A stretch of DNA of 64,000 nucleotides from Sphingomonadales bacterium (lineage in GTDB: Bacteria > Pseudomonadota > Alphaproteobacteria > Sphingomonadales > Sphingomonadaceae): contig JANXVZ010000027.1 in NCBI GenBank assembly GCA_025351405.1, forward strand, positions 21,275 through 85,274, read 5' to 3'. Position 1 is the stretch's first letter; each line of letters starts with the position of its first letter. The notes beneath the pieces are model-generated. The model did not search any database and was not told the DNA's origin. It saw only the letters and a program-made list of their open reading frames with translations. This document shows, one piece after another, positions 17,655 through 28,089 of the stretch. A program made the position numbers and the translations under genes.

Positions 17655-18894
17655 CGCCTTCGAGCCGCACCACGGCGCCGCCCTTCATCACCATGCGAAT
17701 GGCGCGCACTGCCGCCATGTCGCGGCCTGGGTCGCCGCCGACCGCGACCAGGTCGGCGAGCAGGCCCGGTGCGATGCGACCGCGATCCGAAAGTCCGAAG
17801 GCGCGGGCGTTGCCGGCGGTGGCGGCGCGCAGCACGTCGATCGGCGGCATCCCGGCTTTGGCCATCAGCACCATCTCGCGGGCATTGTCGCCATGGCGGA
17901 AGACGCCGACATCGCCGCCGACGCACATCGGGACATGGGCGGCCAGCGCCAATGCAAAGCTGTGGCGTTCTGCGAGCACGCTGGCCGGCGCCGGCTCCGC
18001 GCCGTCCCAGCCGCGATAACGCGCAATGGCGTCCCCTGCGGCAAGCGTCGGGCACAAGGTGACGCCGCGTGCCGCCATCAGCTTGAAAACCTCGGCGATG
18101 CCTTCGCTGCCGTGTTCGATGGTATCGACGCCGGCCAGGGTGGCGCGCCGCATGCCTTCGGGCGTCGCTGCATGGGCGGCCACCTTGCGCCCGGCATCGT
18201 GCGCCGCGGCAACGCCCGCCGCCAGCTCGGTCTCGCTGAAGGTCGCCCGGCTCGGCTCCCCCGCCCGCCAACGATAGTCGGCATAGAATTTCACCACATC
18301 GGCGCCGCGCCCGACCTGGCGGCGCACGGCCTCGACGATTCCGGGTCCATCGGCTTCCTCGGCGCCCAGCGGCACCACGACGCCGGCCTCGAAGCCCTTG
18401 GGCCCATAGGCGCCGGTGGCAACGATGGCGCGGGTGGCGACAAGCAGGCGCGGGCCGGGGACGATGCCCTGCTCGATCGCCATCTTCAGCCCGACATCGG
18501 CATAGCCTGCACCTTCCGTGCCGAGATCGCGCGCCGTGGTGAAGCCCGCCATCAGCGTGGCGCGCGCTGCCACCGTCGCCCGCGCCGTGCGCAGCGCCAG
18601 CGGTTCATGGAGGACCTGGTCGTCCCACGGCGTCTCGTCATAGGGGTGGAGGAACAGGTGCGAATGGCCCTCGATAAGCCCGGGAAGCAGCGTCGCACCC
18701 GGCAGGTCGATGGCGCGCCCGCCGGCCGGCATGGCCAGCGAGGGCCCCACCCCGGCAATCCTGTCGCCATCGACGAGGACCTGCCAGCCCGGGTGCATGG
18801 CTTCGCCGTCGAAAACCTGCGCCGGGCGCAGCAATATCGTCTCGGTCCGCGCCGGTGCGGCGAGGAACAACAACAAGGATAGCCAGATGCGCAT
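17632..18894 (-). CDS. Exported amidohydrolase family protein (Xaa-Pro dipeptidase-like)
   Basis: LLPGLIEGHSHL metal motif, GFTTARDLG, KVAAHA, TIEHG and GRIAPGLLADLVAV. Signal peptide from ATG 18894. Confidence 0.9.
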   Translation of the reverse strand: MRIWLSLLLFLAAPARTETILLRPAQVFDGEAMHPGWQVLVDGDRIAGVGPSLAMPAGGRAIDLPGATLLPGLIEGHSHLFLHPYDETPWDDQVLHEPLALRTARATVAARATLMAGFTTARDLGTEGAGYADVGLKMAIEQGIVPGPRLLVATRAIVATGAYGPKGFEAGVVVPLGAEEADGPGIVEAVRRQVGRGADVVKFYADYRWRAGEPSRATFSETELAAGVAAAHDAGRKVAAHAATPEGMRRATLAGVDTIEHGSEGIAEVFKLMAARGVTLCPTLAAGDAIARYRGWDGAEPAPASVLAERHSFALALAAHVPMCVGGDVGVFRHGDNAREMVLMAKAGMPPIDVLRAATAGNARAFGLSDRGRIAPGLLADLVAVGGDPGRDMAAVRAIRMVMKGGAVVRLEGATSPPSP

Positions 18895-18976
18895 CGATCT
18901 CCCGTTCTCGCTTGCCAGTCCCAGGGTCGCCCGATAGCCCTGTATCATGGGAACATGTTTCACGTTCGCCGCCAGC

Positions 18977-21166
18977 ATGGCGCATCCGTTGTCCGCCGCG
19001 AAGAGGGCGATTGTCGCAAGCCTGTTGCTGGCGGCGCCACTGTCCGCCGCGACACCGGTCGAGCAGGCACGCTGGAGCGCCCATGCCGCTGCGACCACCA
19101 TCACCCGCGACGATTGGGGCATTGCCCATGTCCATGGCCATAGCGACGCCGATGCCGTGTTCGGCATGGCTTATGCGCAGGCGGAAGATGATTTCAACCG
19201 CGTCGAGACCAATTATATCAATGCGATGGGCCGCCTCGCCGAAACGCAGGGAGAAAGCGCGATCTGGCAGGATTTGCGGATGAAGCTTTTCGTCACGCCC
19301 GGCGCACTCAAGGCCGATTATGCCCGAAGCCCATCGTGGTTGCAGGCCTTGATGATCGCATGGGCCGATGGGCTCAACGCCTACCTCGCGCGGCATCCCG
19401 ATGTTAAACCCCGCGTCATCGCCCATTTCGAACCCTGGATGGCGCTGAGCTTTTCCGAAGGCAGCATCGGCGGCGATATCGAGCGGGTTTCGCTTTCGAA
19501 GCTGGAAGCCTTCTACGGCCAGCACGAGGTCGCACTGGCGGACGATGAAACACCGGGGCGCTTCATTGAACCCAGGGGTTCCAACGGCATTGCCATCGCA
19601 CCCGGCAACACCCGCGACGGCCATGCACTGTTGCTGATAAATCCGCACACCAGCTTCTTCTTCCGCTCCGAGCTGCAGATGACCAGCGACGCCGGCCTGA
19701 ATGCCTATGGCGCGGTGACCTGGGGGCAATTCTTCATCTATCAGGGCTTCAACCAGAATGCCGGCTGGATGCACACCACCAGCGGCGTCGATTCGGTCGA
19801 TGAATTCGCCGAAACAACGGTGCGAAAGGGCGGCAGGCTGTTTTATCGGCACGCCGGCAAGGACGTTGCGCTGGTCGTCGAGTCCATCGCCATACCGTAC
19901 CGCGCGCCGGACGGTACGATGGCAAGCCGCAGCTTCCGGGTGTATCGCACCTTGCATGGTCCCATCGTCCGGGCCGAAAACGGGCGGTGGATCAGCGTCG
20001 CCTTGATGAACACACCCGTTGCGGCGCTCGAGCAGAGCTTCCTGCGCACCAAGGCCAGCGATTTCGCCGGGTTCCTCAAGGTCGCGGCCCTGCAGGCCAA
20101 CAGCTCCAACAACACGCTGTTCGCCGACACCCGGGGCGAGGTGGCGTTGCTGATGCCGCAGTTCGTGCCCCGGCGGGCCGATCGCTTCGACTACACACGC
20201 CCCGTCGACGGCAGCGATGCCGCCGCCGACTGGCAGGGGCTGACGCCGCTGGCGGCGCTGCCGACCCTCAGCAATCCGACCAGCGGCTGGCTTGCCAACA
20301 GCAACGACGCGCCGTGGAGCGCGGCCGGCCCCGGCAGCCTGAACAAGTCGGCGTTCCCGAGATACATGGACACGGCCGGCGCCAATCCGCGCAGCCTGCA
20401 CTATACCCGCGTACTTTCCGGCGTGAAGGATTTCACCCCGGAAACGTTGATGGCGGCGGCGTATGACAGCTATCTGCCGGCCTTTGCGCGCCTGGTGCCC
20501 GGGCTGGTCGCGGCGTGGGAGCGGGCGCCTGCCGGCGACGCGATGAAGGTGCGGCTTGCCGATCAGGTCGCCAGCCTGAAGGCATGGGACTATCGCTGGA
20601 GTGCCGCCTCGCAGCCGACGGCGCTGGCCGTATTCTGGGGCGAAGCGATGTGGGCGCGTGTCGGCAAGGATGCCGACGACGACCGCATCAAGGTCTATGA
20701 CTATATAGCCGACCGCACCAGCGATGCGCAGAAGCTGGCTGCCCTCGCCGAAGCCAGCGACCGGCTTGCCGCGGATTTCGGCACCTGGCGGACGCCATGG
20801 GGTGAGATAAACCGTTTCCAGCGGCTGACCGGCGACCTTGTGCAACCCTTCGACGACAGCAAGCCCAGCCTGGCGGTGCCCTTCACCTCGGCACAATGGG
20901 GCTCGCTGGCTTCGTTCGGGGCAAAGCGCTGGCCGGGGACGAAGCGTTACTATGGCACCCTCGGCAACAGCTTTGTCGCGGTGGTCGAATTCGGGCCGCA
21001 GGTGCGTGCCTTCGCCGTGACGGCGGGCGGCGAGAGCGGACATCCCGCTTCGCCCCACTTCAACGACCAGGCGCTCCGCTATGCCAGCGGCGACCTGCGG
21101 CCGGTGTATTTCTACCCGGAAGATCTGAAGGGCCATACCGAGCGCCGCTACAGGCCTGGGGATTAG
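18977..21166 (+). CDS. Penicillin/AHL acylase family Ntn-hydrolase (peptidase S45)
   Basis: ITRDDWGIAHVHG, FGMAYAQAED, beta-subunit start GSNGIAIAP (Ser nucleophile) and LLINPH. Signal peptide present. Confidence 0.92.
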   Translation: MAHPLSAAKRAIVASLLLAAPLSAATPVEQARWSAHAAATTITRDDWGIAHVHGHSDADAVFGMAYAQAEDDFNRVETNYINAMGRLAETQGESAIWQDLRMKLFVTPGALKADYARSPSWLQALMIAWADGLNAYLARHPDVKPRVIAHFEPWMALSFSEGSIGGDIERVSLSKLEAFYGQHEVALADDETPGRFIEPRGSNGIAIAPGNTRDGHALLLINPHTSFFFRSELQMTSDAGLNAYGAVTWGQFFIYQGFNQNAGWMHTTSGVDSVDEFAETTVRKGGRLFYRHAGKDVALVVESIAIPYRAPDGTMASRSFRVYRTLHGPIVRAENGRWISVALMNTPVAALEQSFLRTKASDFAGFLKVAALQANSSNNTLFADTRGEVALLMPQFVPRRADRFDYTRPVDGSDAAADWQGLTPLAALPTLSNPTSGWLANSNDAPWSAAGPGSLNKSAFPRYMDTAGANPRSLHYTRVLSGVKDFTPETLMAAAYDSYLPAFARLVPGLVAAWERAPAGDAMKVRLADQVASLKAWDYRWSAASQPTALAVFWGEAMWARVGKDADDDRIKVYDYIADRTSDAQKLAALAEASDRLAADFGTWRTPWGEINRFQRLTGDLVQPFDDSKPSLAVPFTSAQWGSLASFGAKRWPGTKRYYGTLGNSFVAVVEFGPQVRAFAVTAGGESGHPASPHFNDQALRYASGDLRPVYFYPEDLKGHTERRYRPGD

Positions 21167-21198
21167 CCGCAACTCTTATCGGGGTGTATCACACCGCC

Positions 21199-22563
21199 AT
21201 GACCCATTGTGTATTCGACCTGTTCAAGATCGGCGTCGGCCCGTCGAGCTCCCACACCATGGGGCCGATGTCAGCGGCGGCGCAATTTGCAGACGGGCTC
21301 GATGCCCGCGTTCATCGGGTGGCGGTGCACCTTTACGGGTCGCTGGCGCTGACCGGCATGGGCCATGCCACCGATAGCGCCCTTATCACCGGGCTGTCGG
21401 GATGGACCCCCGACCGCGTCGACCCCGATGATGCGGCGGCGCTGGTGGCCGCGGTCCGCGCCGAGCAGCGTCTTCGCATCGCCGGTCGCCACCCGATAGC
21501 CTTTGATGCGGCAACAGACATCCATTGGCACCAGCGCCAGCGACTGAGCTTTCATTCAAACGCCATGCGTTTCGAGGCGTTCGACAGCGATGGCGGGCTC
21601 CTTGCCGAGCGCATTGCCTATTCGATCGGCGGCGGCGCTGTCGTCGGCGAGGCCGAAATCGCCGCCAACGCGCCTCCGGGACCGCTCGTCGATGTTCCGC
21701 ACCGGTTCGGATCGGGGGCCGACCTGCTCGAACTTGCCCATGCGCACCGGTGCAGTATCGCCAGTCTCGCCCGCGCCAATGCCGTCGCCGAACACGGCGA
21801 GGCCGACACCCACGCCCGCCTCGATGCCATTCGTGCCGCCATGGCCGCCTGCATCGATCGTGGTGTGCGTTCGGGCGGCATTCTACCCGGCGGGCTTAAT
21901 GTCGTCCGCCGCGCGCCACGCATCCATGCCAAGCTCATCGCCCGGCAGGAACGCGCGCTGGCCGATCCGCTGTCGGTGCTCGATTGGGTCAACCTCTGGG
22001 CGCTGGCTGTCAACGAGGAGAACGCCGCCGGCGGGCGGGTGGTGACCGCGCCGACCAACGGTGCCGCCGGAATCATCCCCGCCGTCCTGCGCTATTACGA
22101 ACGGTTCGCGCCGATGGCATCCGATGCCGGTGCCGAGGACTTCCTGCTCACCGCCGCCGCCATCGGCAGCCTTTTCAAGGACAATGCCTCGATTTCGGGT
22201 GCCGAAGTCGGCTGCCAGGGCGAGGTCGGCGTGGCGTGTTCCATGGCGGCGGCAGGGCTGGCGGCCGCCTTTGGCGGCACCCCGGAGCAGATCGAAAACG
22301 CTGCCGAGATCGGCATGGAGCATAATCTGGGGCTGACCTGCGACCCCGTCGGCGGCCTCGTCCAGGTGCCGTGTATCGAGCGCAATGCCGTCGGCGCGGT
22401 CAAGGCCATCGAGGCGGCGCGGCTGGCGCTGCTCGGCGACGGCACCCACCGCGTCAGCCTCGACCAGGTCATCGAAACGATGCGGCGGACGGGGCTCGAC
22501 ATGGGCGAGAAGTACAAGGAAACGTCGCTGGGTGGGCTGGCCGTCAACGTCGTGGCGTGTTGA
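21199..22563 (+). CDS. sdaA: L-serine ammonia-lyase (Fe-S L-serine dehydratase)
   Basis: [80 protein letters not shown] and [10 protein letters not shown]. Confidence 0.97.
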   Translation: MTHCVFDLFKIGVGPSSSHTMGPMSAAAQFADGLDARVHRVAVHLYGSLALTGMGHATDSALITGLSGWTPDRVDPDDAAALVAAVRAEQRLRIAGRHPIAFDAATDIHWHQRQRLSFHSNAMRFEAFDSDGGLLAERIAYSIGGGAVVGEAEIAANAPPGPLVDVPHRFGSGADLLELAHAHRCSIASLARANAVAEHGEADTHARLDAIRAAMAACIDRGVRSGGILPGGLNVVRRAPRIHAKLIARQERALADPLSVLDWVNLWALAVNEENAAGGRVVTAPTNGAAGIIPAVLRYYERFAPMASDAGAEDFLLTAAAIGSLFKDNASISGAEVGCQGEVGVACSMAAAGLAAAFGGTPEQIENAAEIGMEHNLGLTCDPVGGLVQVPCIERNAVGAVKAIEAARLALLGDGTHRVSLDQVIETMRRTGLDMGEKYKETSLGGLAVNVVAC

Positions 22564-22566
22564 CCT

Positions 22567-23349
22567 TCAGGCGGCCTCCAGCCCGAGCCGCTGCCTGAAA
22601 AAGGCGATCGTCCGCGTTTCGGCGGCCTTGCCGGGGCCATCCTCGGGCAGATGGATGGTCAGCACCGAGTGTGGCGCCAGCCCGGTCCCCTGTCGCGCGT
22701 CGCTATCGTCCAGTTCGATTGCCTCGAAGCGTTCGCCGAACTCGCGGCGATAGCGTTCGAAGCGCGCATCGGGGACAAAAGCGTCGCTTTTGTAGCGCAG
22801 GCCGAGGAGGCTCAGGTCCTCGCTTTCAAAGCGCGCCCTGGCGCAGGCAATCTCCTTTTCGGAGACATCGATGCCGCCGGCCCTGGCGTCGCGCAGCGAC
22901 AATGACGGCTGCGACAGCACCGGCGCGACAACCGAGGGCTCGGTCATCATCGCCAGGGCAAAGCCGCCGGTGAAACACATGCCGACGGCACCGACGCCCG
23001 GCCCGCCACAGTCGGCATGGGCGTGGCGGGCAAGGGCGCGCAACCAATCGACGATGGGGCTCGACCTGCCGCCCCGCCAGGCGGCGAACTCGCGGCGGAT
23101 GCAGATGTTGAGGAACATCTGCTGCAGTGCATAGGGTTTGCTGACCGCCTTGCCCGGCGTGCCGAACAGGCTGGGCATGAACACCGTCATCCCCGCCGCC
23201 ACCAGCCGGTCGGCGAATTCCACCACCAGCGGGTGGAGGCCGGGTATTTCGTGGATGACGATGACGGCCGGGCCGCTGCCGCGGCGATAAACCGGGCGGG
23301 TATAGGGCGCATCCGTGAAGTTCATGAGCGTATAGTCGTCAAGCGGCAC
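22567..23349 (-). CDS. Dienelactone hydrolase family protein
   Basis: [10 protein letters not shown], nucleophile elbow [10 protein letters not shown], and HSVLT. Confidence 0.88.
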   Translation of the reverse strand: MPLDDYTLMNFTDAPYTRPVYRRGSGPAVIVIHEIPGLHPLVVEFADRLVAAGMTVFMPSLFGTPGKAVSKPYALQQMFLNICIRREFAAWRGGRSSPIVDWLRALARHAHADCGGPGVGAVGMCFTGGFALAMMTEPSVVAPVLSQPSLSLRDARAGGIDVSEKEIACARARFESEDLSLLGLRYKSDAFVPDARFERYRREFGERFEAIELDDSDARQGTGLAPHSVLTIHLPEDGPGKAAETRTIAFFRQRLGLEAA

Positions 23350-23461
23350 CGGCGATCCCCCCGAAATGGTCCTGCGTCACAGCAAACGCGCCCGCTGCAA
23401 TTGTCAACAACGCCACTCGGCAGCGCGGCACAATCTGTTACAAGGCCGTTATCACCGGGGG

Positions 23462-24763
23462 ATGATATTTGTGACACCACGCGAAGATGGATCGGCCAGA
23501 CACGACCGGGGCGTTGCTGCTGCCTTCCCGATCGACGCCGTTCGCAGCCATTTTCCCGCGCTGGCGACCTGCGACAATGGCCGACCGCGCGTCTATTTCG
23601 ATGCGCCCGGCGGTACCCAGGCCTGCGCCCCCGCCATCGCCGCAATGACCGCACACCTGCAGCGTGGCACCGCCAATTCGGGCGGGGCATTCGCAGCATC
23701 CGTGGAAACCGACGCCGGTGCCGATGCCGCCCATGCAGCGATGGCCGATCTTCTGGGCGGCGAGCCGGGAGAGATCGCCTTTGGCCCCAACATGACATCG
23801 TTGACCTTTGCCGTTTCGCGGGCGCTGGCGCAGAATTGGCGATCGGGCGACGAGATCGTGCTGACCCGGCTCGATCACGACGCTAATGTCGCGCCATGGC
23901 TGCAGGTGGCGCGCGACCGCGGCATGATGGTGCGCTGGCTCGATTTCGACCCCGCCACCGGTGCGCTGGGGCTGGAGGCGCTGCCGGTGCTGCTGGGCCT
24001 GCGCACCCGACTGGTGGCAATCGGCGGTGCCAGCAATGCGCTCGGCACCCTTAACGATGTCGCCGCGGCCGCCGAGATCGTGCACCGCAATTCCGATGCG
24101 CTGGTCTATGTCGATGCCGTCCAGTCGGTGCCGCATGTTCCAGTCGATGTCGCGGTGCTGGGCTGCGACCTGCTGGCATGTTCGCCGTACAAGTTCTTCG
24201 GGCCGCACCAGGGCGTGCTGTGGGGCAAGGCGGCGGTGCTCGACCGTATCCAGGCGTACAAGGTGCGCCCGGCGAAGTCGCAGCCACCGGCCAGCCGGTT
24301 CGAAACCGGCACGCCTTCGTTCGAGGCGCAGGCCGGCGTATCCGGGACCATCGATTATCTCGACTGGCTGGGCGGCGAAATGGGGGAGTGCTCCAAGGAT
24401 CGCCGCGTCCGGCTGCGTGCCGCAATGCTGGGCTGCATGGCGTATGAGACGACACTTGGCACGCGGCTGCTGTCCGGGCTGGCCGGCATCGATGGCCTCA
24501 GGCTGTTCGGGCCGCCGACGATGGCCGGGCGCGTGCCGACGTTCGCCTTCACCCTTGCGGGCCACACCCCGGCAGCGGTCGCAGCGCATCTGGCGGCGCA
24601 CAACATCTTTGCCTGGGCGGGCGATTTCTACGCCGTCGAGGTTGTGGCGCGGCTGGGCCTTGCCGAAAGCGGCGGGCTGGTGCGCGTGGGGTTGTGCCAC
24701 TACAGTACCGCCGCCGAGGTCGACCTGCTCATAGCCGCGCTGGCTGAACTTCGGCGCGGTTGA
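23462..24763 (+). CDS. Cysteine desulfurase-like PLP aminotransferase class V
   Basis: VYFDAPGGTQ, LDHDANVAPW, VDAVQ, PLP-lysine motif CSPYKFFGPH, FETGT and VRVGLCHY. Confidence 0.9.
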   Translation: MIFVTPREDGSARHDRGVAAAFPIDAVRSHFPALATCDNGRPRVYFDAPGGTQACAPAIAAMTAHLQRGTANSGGAFAASVETDAGADAAHAAMADLLGGEPGEIAFGPNMTSLTFAVSRALAQNWRSGDEIVLTRLDHDANVAPWLQVARDRGMMVRWLDFDPATGALGLEALPVLLGLRTRLVAIGGASNALGTLNDVAAAAEIVHRNSDALVYVDAVQSVPHVPVDVAVLGCDLLACSPYKFFGPHQGVLWGKAAVLDRIQAYKVRPAKSQPPASRFETGTPSFEAQAGVSGTIDYLDWLGGEMGECSKDRRVRLRAAMLGCMAYETTLGTRLLSGLAGIDGLRLFGPPTMAGRVPTFAFTLAGHTPAAVAAHLAAHNIFAWAGDFYAVEVVARLGLAESGGLVRVGLCHYSTAAEVDLLIAALAELRRG

Positions 24764-25992
24764 ATCGGGTGCAACTGGCCGATGTCATCGAGGTCGCGCA
24801 AGCATCGCGGTCGACCCGCCGAGTCTATATAGCCGCCATTTGCGCGTGCCTGCTCCTTGTACTCTGCGTCAGCGCCCTGCGCTCCGCCGGGATCGCCACA
24901 CAACACTTCATGCATGCGGAGTGCGATTTCGATACGTTTTATCTTGTCGGCCAGATGGTCTGGCGTGGGCGGATCGCCGATGCCTATGAAGTCGCAAAGC
25001 TGGCTGTCTGGCAATATCGGGCGACCGGTCAGCCACGCGTTACCGCATGGACCTACCCGCCGCAGTTCGATTTGTTGGTAGCGTTGCTGGCGCTGCTGCC
25101 GCGTGGTGTCGCGTTTGGAATGTTCATTGCTGGTACGCTGGCGGCTTATCTTGCAGTTCTGCGCCGCATTTCGGGAGACGTATTCGTTACCGTGCTGATC
25201 TTGATGATGTTTCCCATTGCGACGGTGATCATGTCGGGCCAGAACGGGCTTTTGACAGGCGCCTTGATCGGGCTCGCCTGCCTTGGTTTTGCCGGTGCGG
25301 GCGGAATGCGCGCCGGATTGCCGCTGGGGTTGCTGGTCATCAAGCCGCATCTTGCGGTGGCGTTCGCGCTGTACACGCTGGTCAACCGACAATGGGGCGC
25401 ATTTGCGTGGGCGGCCTTGACAGTCGCGGTGACATCGCTGCTGGCAACACTGGTGCTGGGTGCAGACGTATGGCCGGCAGTCCTCCTTGGTTTTCGCGAA
25501 GCTGCAAGCAACATGCACGACGGGCATTATCCGTTCGAGCGCATGATTTCTGTTTATGCCGCCATGCGCAGTTTTGGTGTCGGACCGGCGCTGGCCCTCG
25601 CGCTGCATTGTGTCGCGGCGTTGTTGGCGCTGGGCTTCGTCATCGCTGCCAGCCGGCGGATGTGCCAACGGCAGGCGCTGGGCTTGACCTGCATGGCCTC
25701 GCTCCTGGTCAGCCCCTATGCCTATGATTACGACCTGCCGATTGTTGGTATCGGCCTTGGGTTGCTGTTGCCCGACCTGATGCGCCGCGCGGGACGTGGA
25801 GAGCGGTCAATGTTATATGCCCTTGTGCTGACATCGCCGGTTGTTGGCATATTACAGACAATCTCGACGCCCTCCGGCCTGGTGCACAGCGGTGTTTCGC
25901 CGGTTTCACTCGCCGGCCCGCTGCTGATGGTTGTTCTGGTGCTGGCATGGCGGTTGCTGGTGCGGCAGCCGTTGCTTCAAAAGCCCGCCTGA
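24760..25992 (+). CDS. GT87/DUF2029-like GT-C glycosyltransferase (copy 1)
   Basis: Multi-TM protein with DFDTFY loop, WTYPPQFDLL, GQNGLL, IKPHL and SPYAYDYDL. Confidence 0.82.
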   Translation: MNRVQLADVIEVAQASRSTRRVYIAAICACLLLVLCVSALRSAGIATQHFMHAECDFDTFYLVGQMVWRGRIADAYEVAKLAVWQYRATGQPRVTAWTYPPQFDLLVALLALLPRGVAFGMFIAGTLAAYLAVLRRISGDVFVTVLILMMFPIATVIMSGQNGLLTGALIGLACLGFAGAGGMRAGLPLGLLVIKPHLAVAFALYTLVNRQWGAFAWAALTVAVTSLLATLVLGADVWPAVLLGFREAASNMHDGHYPFERMISVYAAMRSFGVGPALALALHCVAALLALGFVIAASRRMCQRQALGLTCMASLLVSPYAYDYDLPIVGIGLGLLLPDLMRRAGRGERSMLYALVLTSPVVGILQTISTPSGLVHSGVSPVSLAGPLLMVVLVLAWRLLVRQPLLQKPA

Positions 25993-26042
25993 TGCCGACT
26001 GCAATCATGCAACCAATGGCGCGATAAGGGTATTGGCCTGCA

Positions 26043-27275
26043 ATGTTGACGCAAATCATCGAAGTCGGCCAGTCATCGCGCGCCAAGCGCATCGGCTACA
26101 CGACTCTTGTCCTGTTCTGCTTGCTGGTGATCGCCTTGTTTACGGGGCTCAGGCTGGCTTTGATCGACATTGCCCCGACAGCCCGGTGGATGACCGACTT
26201 CGATGCGTTTTATCTCGTCGGCAAGATGGTGTGGCAGGGCGCGGCGACGCAGGCGCATTATCCCGAGGCAATGGCCGCCATCCAACGCGGCATGACCGGT
26301 GAACACAATTATCTGACTTGGAACTATCTGCCGCAATTCGACCTGGTCGTCGCCCCGCTGGCGCTGCTGCCGGTCGGCGTCGCCTATGGTGTGTTCATAA
26401 CCTCCAGCTTGTTTGCCTATGTGGCGACGTTGCAGCGCCTCGCCGGAACCGCCTGCGTTTCCGTGCTGCTGTTGATGTACCTGCCCATGCTGGGCTCGGT
26501 CATCGTCGGACAGAACGGGCTTTTGTGCGGCGCGTTGACAGGATTGGCGTGCCTCGGCTTTTTGCGCGGCAAGGCATGGGCCGGGTTTCCACTGGGGCTG
26601 ATGATCATCAAGCCGCACTTTGCGGTCGCCTTTGCGCTCTACACGCTGGTCAACCGGCAATGGGCTGCCATGCTGGTAGCGACAGCAACGGTTCTGGCAT
26701 CGTTCCTGTTGGTGACACTGGTATTGGGGTTCGAGATATGGCCGGCCTTTTTTGCGGGAACCAAAGGCACGACAGAATTCCTGCAGCACGGTGATTTCCC
26801 CTTTTTCCGAATGACTTCGATATATGCGACCTTGCGGACGTTCGGCCTTTCGGCCGACGCGGCGCTTGGCGCGCAAATCATGGTCGCGGTGGCAGCCCTT
26901 GCCGGCGTCGTCTTCGCGAGCCTGCGCTTCACGCGGCGTCAGGCGCTAGGGATAACGGCGATCGCATCGCTGCTCATCAGCCCCTATGCATACGACTATG
27001 ACACCGCGATATTGGGTGTCGGCCTGGCATTGCTGTTGCCGGATATCATGCAGCAGCACCGGGTCGGCGAACGTACCCTGCTTTATGCGTTGACGCTGGT
27101 TGGCGGCAGCTATGGCCTGGCGCGTGCAGCCCGTTTCTCCATGTTGAACGTCACGATCGACAAGGCGGCGGGCGGCGTTCCGCTGTCCCTCGCAGGCCCG
27201 GCGCTGCTGGCGATATTGGCAATCGTGCTGTGGATATTCACCCGAAAGACGTCGCCCCTGACCATCGTTCGATAA
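26043..27275 (+). CDS. GT87/DUF2029-like GT-C glycosyltransferase (copy 2)
   Basis: DFDAFY, WNYLPQFDL, GQNGLL, IKPHF and SPYAYDYD. Clear paralogue of the preceding gene. Confidence 0.82.
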   Translation: MLTQIIEVGQSSRAKRIGYTTLVLFCLLVIALFTGLRLALIDIAPTARWMTDFDAFYLVGKMVWQGAATQAHYPEAMAAIQRGMTGEHNYLTWNYLPQFDLVVAPLALLPVGVAYGVFITSSLFAYVATLQRLAGTACVSVLLLMYLPMLGSVIVGQNGLLCGALTGLACLGFLRGKAWAGFPLGLMIIKPHFAVAFALYTLVNRQWAAMLVATATVLASFLLVTLVLGFEIWPAFFAGTKGTTEFLQHGDFPFFRMTSIYATLRTFGLSADAALGAQIMVAVAALAGVVFASLRFTRRQALGITAIASLLISPYAYDYDTAILGVGLALLLPDIMQQHRVGERTLLYALTLVGGSYGLARAARFSMLNVTIDKAAGGVPLSLAGPALLAILAIVLWIFTRKTSPLTIVR

Positions 27276-27341
27276 CGGTCGCATATCCTGCGTTGCTCGC
27301 CATTGTGTGGCTGTCATGACGGATATTGCGCCGTCCCGCGG

Positions 27342-28079
27342 CTACAGGCTCAACCGCTTGAACACGGTTTCGGGGATGCTGCGGATGACCAGCATGATCG
27401 GCGACCAGATGCGGCGGACATAAAGCACGTCGCCGCGCCGCTTGCCGGTTGCCGAAGCGAACACCGCATCGGCAACTTCGCCGGGCTCCGCCGTGACGAT
27501 CGGCGGCAGCTTGATGGCCGCGGTCATCTTGGTGCGAACGAAGCCGGGGTTGATGGTGACGACGCGAATGCCGTGCCTCGCCAACCGGTTGCGCAAGCCG
27601 GACAGGAAGGCGGTAAACCCGGCTTTTGAGGCGCCATAGACATAGTTCGATGCGCGACCGCGTTCGCCGGCTACCGAGCTGATGCCGATGAGCACGCCCG
27701 ACCCGCGGCTGACGAAGCGTTCGGCCAATTCGCCGAGCAGCAGCGCCGGGCCCTCGAAGTTGCTCCGCATGACATCGGCAGCATGGGAGGGGTCAGCCTC
27801 GGCCCGGCGGGCATCGCCGAGCAGGCCGACTACAGACACTGCAACGTCCGGCAAGCTGCCCAGGCTATCGAGGAAGGCGACGAACGATGGCCCCGACAGG
27901 ATGTCGAGCCGGTGCACCGATACATCGGAGGTGGTCCGCGCCGCAATGTCGGCAGCTTCGCGCGCCAGCCCGGCGGTATCACGCCCGGCAATCTGGATGC
28001 GCCAGCCGGCAGCGGCAAAGCGCAGTGCGATGGCGCGGCCGATGTCCGACGTGCCGCCGATGACGAGGATGGTATTCAT
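27342..28079 (-). CDS. Short-chain dehydrogenase/reductase, DprE2-like
   Basis: Starts MNTILVIGGTSDIG (Rossmann), with ISSVAGERGRASNYVYGASKAG (YxxxK) and PGFVRTKMT. The long ORF-track start (28919) runs inside the upstream gene. Confidence 0.88.
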   Translation of the reverse strand: MNTILVIGGTSDIGRAIALRFAAAGWRIQIAGRDTAGLAREAADIAARTTSDVSVHRLDILSGPSFVAFLDSLGSLPDVAVSVVGLLGDARRAEADPSHAADVMRSNFEGPALLLGELAERFVSRGSGVLIGISSVAGERGRASNYVYGASKAGFTAFLSGLRNRLARHGIRVVTINPGFVRTKMTAAIKLPPIVTAEPGEVADAVFASATGKRRGDVLYVRRIWSPIMLVIRSIPETVFKRLSL

Positions 28080-28089
28080 ATGGGGGCTT

